Below are positions 58,896-64,000 of a DNA stretch of 64,000 bases, piece after piece (within the stretch, counting starts at the first letter, position 1; the number at the start of each line of letters is the position of its first letter). A program made the position numbers and the translations under genes. The notes under the pieces are model-generated. The model was not told the origin of the DNA and made no database searches. It worked only from the letters and a program-made list of their open reading frames with translations. This stretch comes from Leptonemataceae bacterium (GTDB lineage Bacteria > Spirochaetota > Leptospiria > Leptospirales > Leptonemataceae): assembly GCA_965227295.1 (NCBI GenBank), contig OZ245742.1, positions 2,048,001-2,112,000 of the forward strand, written 5' to 3'.

Positions 58896-59561
58896 ATGTC
58901 CGCTCCTCTCGTAGGACAAATGCAGCCCTTCGGATTCAACTGGGAGCCGCGCGGATGGATAATCTGCAGCGGGCAGACTCTGCCTATTTCCCAGTTTACC
59001 GCTCTCTACTCCCTCATCGGTGATCGCTTCGGCGGCGACGGCCGGGTGACCTTCGGCATCCCGGACCTGCGGGGGCGGAATTGCATCGGCTCCGGCGGTG
59101 GCCCGGCTACGAGCAACTACCCCTGGGGTGCCGGGGGCGGCGCGGAAACGGTGACCCTGGCAAATTCCAATCTGCCCTTGCACAGCCACCCGCTGGCCAG
59201 TACCGGCCCGCCGCCCATCGACGCGACGACCGAAGTGGTCGCTTCGTCCTTAACGTCCACGGCGACGGTCAAGGCCAACGGAAGCGCCGGCACCGGCTAC
59301 TCGCCTGTGAACCAGTACTACGGAGCCAGAAGCGGAGAGAATGTCTACAGCTTGAGCAATGATACGACCATGGCGAACGATATGCTCACCGTCACGACCA
59401 CCCTGGACTCTCTCACTTTGAGCACCACGGGCGTCGTGGACCTCACCGGCGTGAGCACCGGAGACACCGGCCAGGGTGTGCCCTTCGACATTCAGGATCC
59501 CTTTACAGCCATCGGCTGTTACGCCATTGCCAACGAGGGTCTCTATCCTCCGCGCAACTAA
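58896..59561 (+). CDS. Phage tail-collar domain protein (MdpB-like) 1
   Basis: FGFNWEPRGW..CSGQTLPISQFTALYSLIG..FGGDGRVTFGIPDLRGR; GLYPPRN end. Confidence 0.9.
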   Translation: MSAPLVGQMQPFGFNWEPRGWIICSGQTLPISQFTALYSLIGDRFGGDGRVTFGIPDLRGRNCIGSGGGPATSNYPWGAGGGAETVTLANSNLPLHSHPLASTGPPPIDATTEVVASSLTSTATVKANGSAGTGYSPVNQYYGARSGENVYSLSNDTTMANDMLTVTTTLDSLTLSTTGVVDLTGVSTGDTGQGVPFDIQDPFTAIGCYAIANEGLYPPRN

Positions 59562-59594
59562 TTCCAGAATCCTCAACAATTAAGGAAGAATCAT

Positions 59595-60263
59595 ATGTCA
59601 AATCCCCTCATCGGCCAATTACAACCCTTCGGATTCAACTGGGCACCGCACGGTTGGATCGGCTGTTTCGGCCAACTGCTCTCAATTTCGCAATCCCAGG
59701 CCCTCTATTCCCTCGTCGGTGACCGCTACGGCGGGGACGGCCGGAGCACCTTCGGCATCCCGGACCTGCGCGGACGCCGTCCCATCGGCTCCGGCCAGGG
59801 TCCGGCTACGAACAACTATCCCTGGGGTGCCAGGGGCGGCGTGGAACAGGTCGGCCTGTCGACGGATCATCTGCCGGCGCACAGCCACCCGTTGAGCAGT
59901 GCCACCCCGCCGCCCATCGACGCGACGACCGTGATGACCGAATCCAGTCTCACATCCACGGCCGTCGTTAAGGCCAACGGTTCCGGCGTTACGGGCTACG
60001 TGCCCACGGGGCAGTATCCCGGAGCAAACGTGGCTGCGGACATATACAACGCCAACGCTGACAACGCCACGATGGCGAACGATATGGTCACCGTCACAAC
60101 CACTCTGGACTCCGTGACTCTGAGCACCACGGGCACCGTGGACCTCACCGGCGTGAGCACCGGAAACACCGGGGCCGGAGAAGCCTTCAGCGTCCTGAGC
60201 CCGTATACGGCGATCGGCTGCTACGCCATCAACGAAAACGGTACCTATCCCTCGCGGAATTAG
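59595..60263 (+). CDS. Phage tail-collar domain protein (MdpB-like) 2
   Basis: Same motifs; close paralogue of the preceding gene. Confidence 0.9.
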   Translation: MSNPLIGQLQPFGFNWAPHGWIGCFGQLLSISQSQALYSLVGDRYGGDGRSTFGIPDLRGRRPIGSGQGPATNNYPWGARGGVEQVGLSTDHLPAHSHPLSSATPPPIDATTVMTESSLTSTAVVKANGSGVTGYVPTGQYPGANVAADIYNANADNATMANDMVTVTTTLDSVTLSTTGTVDLTGVSTGNTGAGEAFSVLSPYTAIGCYAINENGTYPSRN

Positions 60264-60684
60264 AGCCGGGGCTTTCGATTACCTCTCCGCGATAATCGAA
60301 AGCCCGTTGATCCCCAGGCCGCCTGAGCAGACGTTGCTCACCGCCGTGGCATCGCCTTTCAGGTCGGCCTTCAGGAACTCCGCGCTCACTCGCGCCGCCG
60401 TTTCGATGACCGTGGCCTGGTCCAACGTCTGGGCGTTGGAGTCCGCCCGGGCGTCCTCCGGAAGATTCGTATCCGTGAGGCCGTAGTGGTTCGACCCATG
60501 CCTTAAGCGCCGCTCACGTTGCAAAGTTATCAGTCCCGAACAAACCGGCGCTCCACAAAAAAACGACAATACCACAATCGTCCGTCCCGGCAGTCATTAA
60601 TTGTCTTGAATAAATAAACGCTGCAGCTAATCTGCCGGGTCGTATCGCTCCGCGTGTACGCAGCGGGGGGGGGGGGAGGTATAT

Positions 60685-61371
60685 ATGTCCGAGCCGATGA
60701 TGGGTTCCATTCAGATGTTCGCGTTCACGTCACTGCCGCGGGGCTGGGCGTACTGCGACGGCCGACTGCTTAATATCCAGAGCTTTCATTCCCTGTTCAC
60801 CCTTGTGGGGGATCAATACGGTGGCGACGGCCGCGTGGCGTTTGGCTTGCCGGATTTTCGAGGAAGGGCACCGGTGGGTGCCGGCCAGGCTCCGGGGATG
60901 CAGGATTATCCGGTCGGATCCAAAACCGGCAGGGAATTTGTGAGGGATGTGCCGCGGCACTCCCACGCCCTGACCGGCGGTAAAGTCTTCTGCAGCGCAG
61001 GCACTTATTTGAGGGAATCAAAAATCGAATCCACGGCTACGGCGTACGCGAACGGTCAGACGTTTGCGACGTATCAACCATCCGGAAATTACCCCGGCAC
61101 AAACACTTCCTACGATGTGTACGCCTCCGAGTCGAACACTACCATGCATCCCGATTTCATTACAGTCGAGTCGAAGCTGACTGAGCTCGAATTACAGACG
61201 GATGTCGCTGCGTATTTTGAGCCCCCCGGCGTCGAGCCCGCGGGCCAGCATAGCGAACTGGACATCCGGCAACCGGTGCAGACCATCGGCAACTTCGGCA
61301 TCAATTTCAACGGCCGCTATCCGGTGTGGGCGAGCGAGTCGGAAGACACGCTGGCACCGACGCCCGATTAG
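60685..61371 (+). CDS. Phage tail-collar domain protein (MdpB-like) 3
   Basis: PRGWAYCDGRLL...YGGDGRVAFGLPDFRGR. Confidence 0.88.
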   Translation: MSEPMMGSIQMFAFTSLPRGWAYCDGRLLNIQSFHSLFTLVGDQYGGDGRVAFGLPDFRGRAPVGAGQAPGMQDYPVGSKTGREFVRDVPRHSHALTGGKVFCSAGTYLRESKIESTATAYANGQTFATYQPSGNYPGTNTSYDVYASESNTTMHPDFITVESKLTELELQTDVAAYFEPPGVEPAGQHSELDIRQPVQTIGNFGINFNGRYPVWASESEDTLAPTPD

Positions 61372-61374
61372 CCC

Positions 61375-61800
61375 TCACTTCACCGCGCTGGTGTACGAGA
61401 TCGGCACGGTATCGCGGATCATCGACGCCACCGAGCAGTAGGTATCGACGCTCAGTTCGACGGCCCGGGCGAGTTTCGCCGGGTCCACGTCGCCGGTGGC
61501 GCTGAAGTGTATGTGAATCTTCGTGTAGATCTTCGGCACCTCGTCGCGGCGTTCGCCTTTCACCGTAATGTCCAGGTCCTTAAGTTCCTGGCGCTGCTTC
61601 TTAAGAATGCTCACAACGTCCATGGCGGAGCAGGTGGCCAGCGCCACCAGCACGGATTCCATGGGGCGCATGCCCGCGCCGCTGCCGCCCATGTCGGCCG
61701 GCCCGTCGATCACCACGGGCGGGGCGTCGGGATTCGCGTGGCCCGTCGCCTCGAACTTCACCGGCCCGGTGCGTTTGATGTTTACCTGCATGGTTGACAT
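61375..61800 (-). CDS. OsmC family protein
   Basis: GMRPME..L.ALATCS..DV..IL.K; YCSV. Confidence 0.9.
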   Translation of the reverse strand: MSTMQVNIKRTGPVKFEATGHANPDAPPVVIDGPADMGGSGAGMRPMESVLVALATCSAMDVVSILKKQRQELKDLDITVKGERRDEVPKIYTKIHIHFSATGDVDPAKLARAVELSVDTYCSVASMIRDTVPISYTSAVK

Positions 61801-61829
61801 ACGAGAGATACCTTTAGATTAAATTTGAA

Positions 61830-61998
61830 ACTCCGAGGGCCGAGGGACCGAGCGAAAGAATGGGAGAGGCGCCGTGATTGCATGCGGTCGGGCAATGAGA
61901 GCTGAATGATTAAAAAGCAAAGCAACAAGAATCGCTAACCAGCAATCAATCGCCATTCACCCTCCACATCTTCCCCTCGGTACCTCGGTCCTCGGAGT
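61830..61998. repeat. ~170-bp intergenic element bounded by 23-bp inverted repeats
   Basis: ACTCCGAGGGCCGAGGGACCGAG (61830-61852) vs CTCGGTACCTCGGTCCTCGGAGT (61976-61998), 21/23. Confidence 0.7.
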
Positions 61999-62013
61999 CC
62001 AAAACTCTTAAAC

Positions 62014-62940
62014 TCATTTCTCAAACAAGTCACTCGATAAATACCGGTCCCCACGATCACAGATGATTGTCACCACCACGCCTGCATCGATCTCTTTACA
62101 GACTTGCAGGGCCGCGTAAGTCGCGCCGCCGGCGCTCGCGCCGCAGAAGACACTCATTTCCCGTGCCAGGCGCCGGGCCGTTTCTTCGGCGTGTTCTTGT
62201 TGTACGTCGATGACGCGATCGACCCGCGGCCGTTCGAAGATCTTCGGCAGGTACTCTTTCGGCCAGCGGCGGATGCCGGGAATGCGCGCGCCTTCGCCGG
62301 GTTGCACGCCCACGATCTGTATGCTTTCGCTGTACGACTTCAACGATCGCGACACGCCCATGATCGTGCCCGTGGTACCCATGGCCGAAACGAAGTGTGT
62401 GACCTTGCCCTCGGTGTCCCGCCAGATCTCCGGACCCGTGCCGTGCACGTGGGCGGCGTAGTTGTCGGGATTCGCGAACTGATTCGGCATGAAGTACTCC
62501 GCGGGGTTGGAGTTGAACTTTTCGTGGGCGTAGTCGATGGCGCCTTCCATGGATTTGTCCGCGGGGGTCAGCGTCACCTTCGCGCCGAAGGCCTGCATGG
62601 TGAGTACGCGTTCGCGCGTGGAGTTCTCCGGCATGACCAGCTCAATGTCGTAACCCTTCGCGCAGGCGATCATGGCGAGCGCAATGCCGGTGTTGCCCGA
62701 CGTCGGCTCGATGATCTTCATGCCCGGTTTCAGATCGCCGCGCTTCTCGGCTTCGTTAAGCATCCAGAAGGCCGGCCGGTCTTTCACGCTGCCGCCGGGA
62801 TTGTGGCCTTCCATTTTGCCGTAGAGCTTCACGCCGGGCTTCGCCGCGTCACCCAGGAGGCCGGTGATATCCACCAGCGGCGTGTTGCCGATGAGATCGG
62901 TGATGTTGGACGCGGTGCGGGGTTGGTTGACTACGGACAT
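62014..62940 (-). CDS. cysM: Cysteine synthase B
   Basis: IGNTPLV, NPGGSVKDR, PTSGNTG, MGTTGT, IPGIRRWP, CDRGDRYLS. Confidence 0.93.
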   Translation of the reverse strand: MSVVNQPRTASNITDLIGNTPLVDITGLLGDAAKPGVKLYGKMEGHNPGGSVKDRPAFWMLNEAEKRGDLKPGMKIIEPTSGNTGIALAMIACAKGYDIELVMPENSTRERVLTMQAFGAKVTLTPADKSMEGAIDYAHEKFNSNPAEYFMPNQFANPDNYAAHVHGTGPEIWRDTEGKVTHFVSAMGTTGTIMGVSRSLKSYSESIQIVGVQPGEGARIPGIRRWPKEYLPKIFERPRVDRVIDVQQEHAEETARRLAREMSVFCGASAGGATYAALQVCKEIDAGVVVTIICDRGDRYLSSDLFEK

Positions 62941-63109
62941 GATGTTTCCTTTTGAATGAACGTTGCGACGCGGGCAATGTTGACAGGATACATAGGAATG
63001 TCGTCGCTGTCATCCTGAAATGATCGGGGACCCTCTCCGCCCCGGAAGCCGAAAGATTCTGAAATATCTTGCGATTCCGCGGCCCGGTAGGCATCCTTGC
63101 CCCCATCAC

Positions 63110-64000
63110 ATGAAAGAAAAACCCTCCGATGCACTCTACGACCTCCAGTCGCTGAAGGCCCCGCGCCTGGCGGGCCTGGCGTTGCGTATCTTCGCGAACC
63201 TCATGGAACGCGCGCCCACGCGGGCGTTGATCCTGCCGAAGCTGCTGAAAGACAGCGGATTCGAGGACTTTCGCGCCGACGAGCCCGAAGAGGCACCGAC
63301 GGTCTTCCCGCTCGTAATTCCGGACACGCCGCCGCAGAAGTACAGGGAACTGAGCGCGGCGCAGCTCACGAAGATCGCGAAGGCCGGAGCGGCGAAGCCC
63401 GCCGCAAATAAACGCAAACCCACGTTCGAAGGGGAGTTTGTTTTCCCCACGACGCTGGATTACCACGCGGCCTACAAATCAAAGCGCATCAGTCCCGTGG
63501 ATGTGGCCGGCCGCTTGATTGCCGCCATTGAAAGCTCCAATGCCGGTGACAGGCCCATGCGGGCCATCATCCAATCGAAGACCGAGGATATTCTGCGCCA
63601 GGCCGAGGCCTCCGCGGAGCGCTGGAAAAAGGGCAAGCCCCTGGGCCCCCTCGACGGCGTGCCCGTCGCCGTAAAAGACGAGGTCGATCAGTTGGGCTAC
63701 GCGACGACGGTCGGCACGAGTTGGTACGGTCGCGAGGTGGCGCGCACGGACAGCACGGTGGTGCATCGTCTGCGGGAACGCGGGGCGTTGCTCTACGGCA
63801 AGGCGAACATGCACGAGATCGGCATCGGCGTGAACGGCAACAATCCGCATCACGGCGTCGCGCGCAATCCCTACGACGAGGATCATTACACCGGCGGATC
63901 CTCCAGTGGTTCCGGTGCCGCGGTAGCCATGGGGCTCGGGCCGTTCGCCGTGGGCGCCGACGGCGGCGGTTCGGTCCGCATCCCCGCCGCGTTTTGCGGA
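63110..64000 (+). CDS. Amidase-signature family enzyme (runs off window; absent from the ORF track)
   Basis: Manual translation: MKEKPSDALYDL..., PLDGVPVAVKD, GKANMHEIG, TGGSSSGSGAAVA, GADGGGSVRIPAAFCG. Confidence 0.92.
   Translation, partial: MKEKPSDALYDLQSLKAPRLAGLALRIFANLMERAPTRALILPKLLKDSGFEDFRADEPEEAPTVFPLVIPDTPPQKYRELSAAQLTKIAKAGAAKPAANKRKPTFEGEFVFPTTLDYHAAYKSKRISPVDVAGRLIAAIESSNAGDRPMRAIIQSKTEDILRQAEASAERWKKGKPLGPLDGVPVAVKDEVDQLGYATTVGTSWYGREVARTDSTVVHRLRERGALLYGKANMHEIGIGVNGNNPHHGVARNPYDEDHYTGGSSSGSGAAVAMGLGPFAVGADGGGSVRIPAAFCG

Noticed and set aside
60279..60575. 98-aa minus-strand ORF between tail-collar genes
   Set aside because: May be a C-terminal gene remnant, but no convincing start or recognisable family
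58896..61371. Prophage
   Set aside because: No capsid, terminase, integrase or other tail genes; flanked by housekeeping genes

Overview
GC-rich bacterial chromosome segment, probably from a Leptospirales/Leptospiraceae-like spirochaete. This is an inference from the LA_0442/LA_0875-type protein, the MBOAT plus SGNH-like pair, the kinase-AAA-GAF-SpoIIE protein and the long attC-like sites. The housekeeping backbone includes partial hemA, the AmmeMemoRadiSam genes, a DAACS symporter, RND efflux, lpxA, cysM and a partial amidase. It is interrupted by two accessory zones. Zone 1 (~20.8-32.3 kb) holds a GNAT-like plus HTH pair, a frameshifted DUF1016N-thermonuclease, a LexA-like repressor divergent from a three-gene CBASS operon, an Rpn nuclease and a complete IS481 with a 6-bp target duplication. 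The CBASS effector is an unusual N-terminal SAVED plus C-terminal HExxH metallopeptidase-like fusion, followed by a CD-NTase and a stand-alone E2-like protein. Zone 2 (~42.2-55.7 kb) holds two AT-rich integron-type gene cassettes with perfectly complementary core sites and no integrase in the window (nuclease-like and P-loop ATPase cargo), polymorphic-toxin debris, an AbiTii-like gene inside a 133-bp duplication, and a broken HipA-like kinase beside an intact HIRAN partner. An unexplained non-coding tandem array of ~3.3 x 331 bp lies at 7.8-8.9 kb. All family calls are by eye from motifs; no searches were run.
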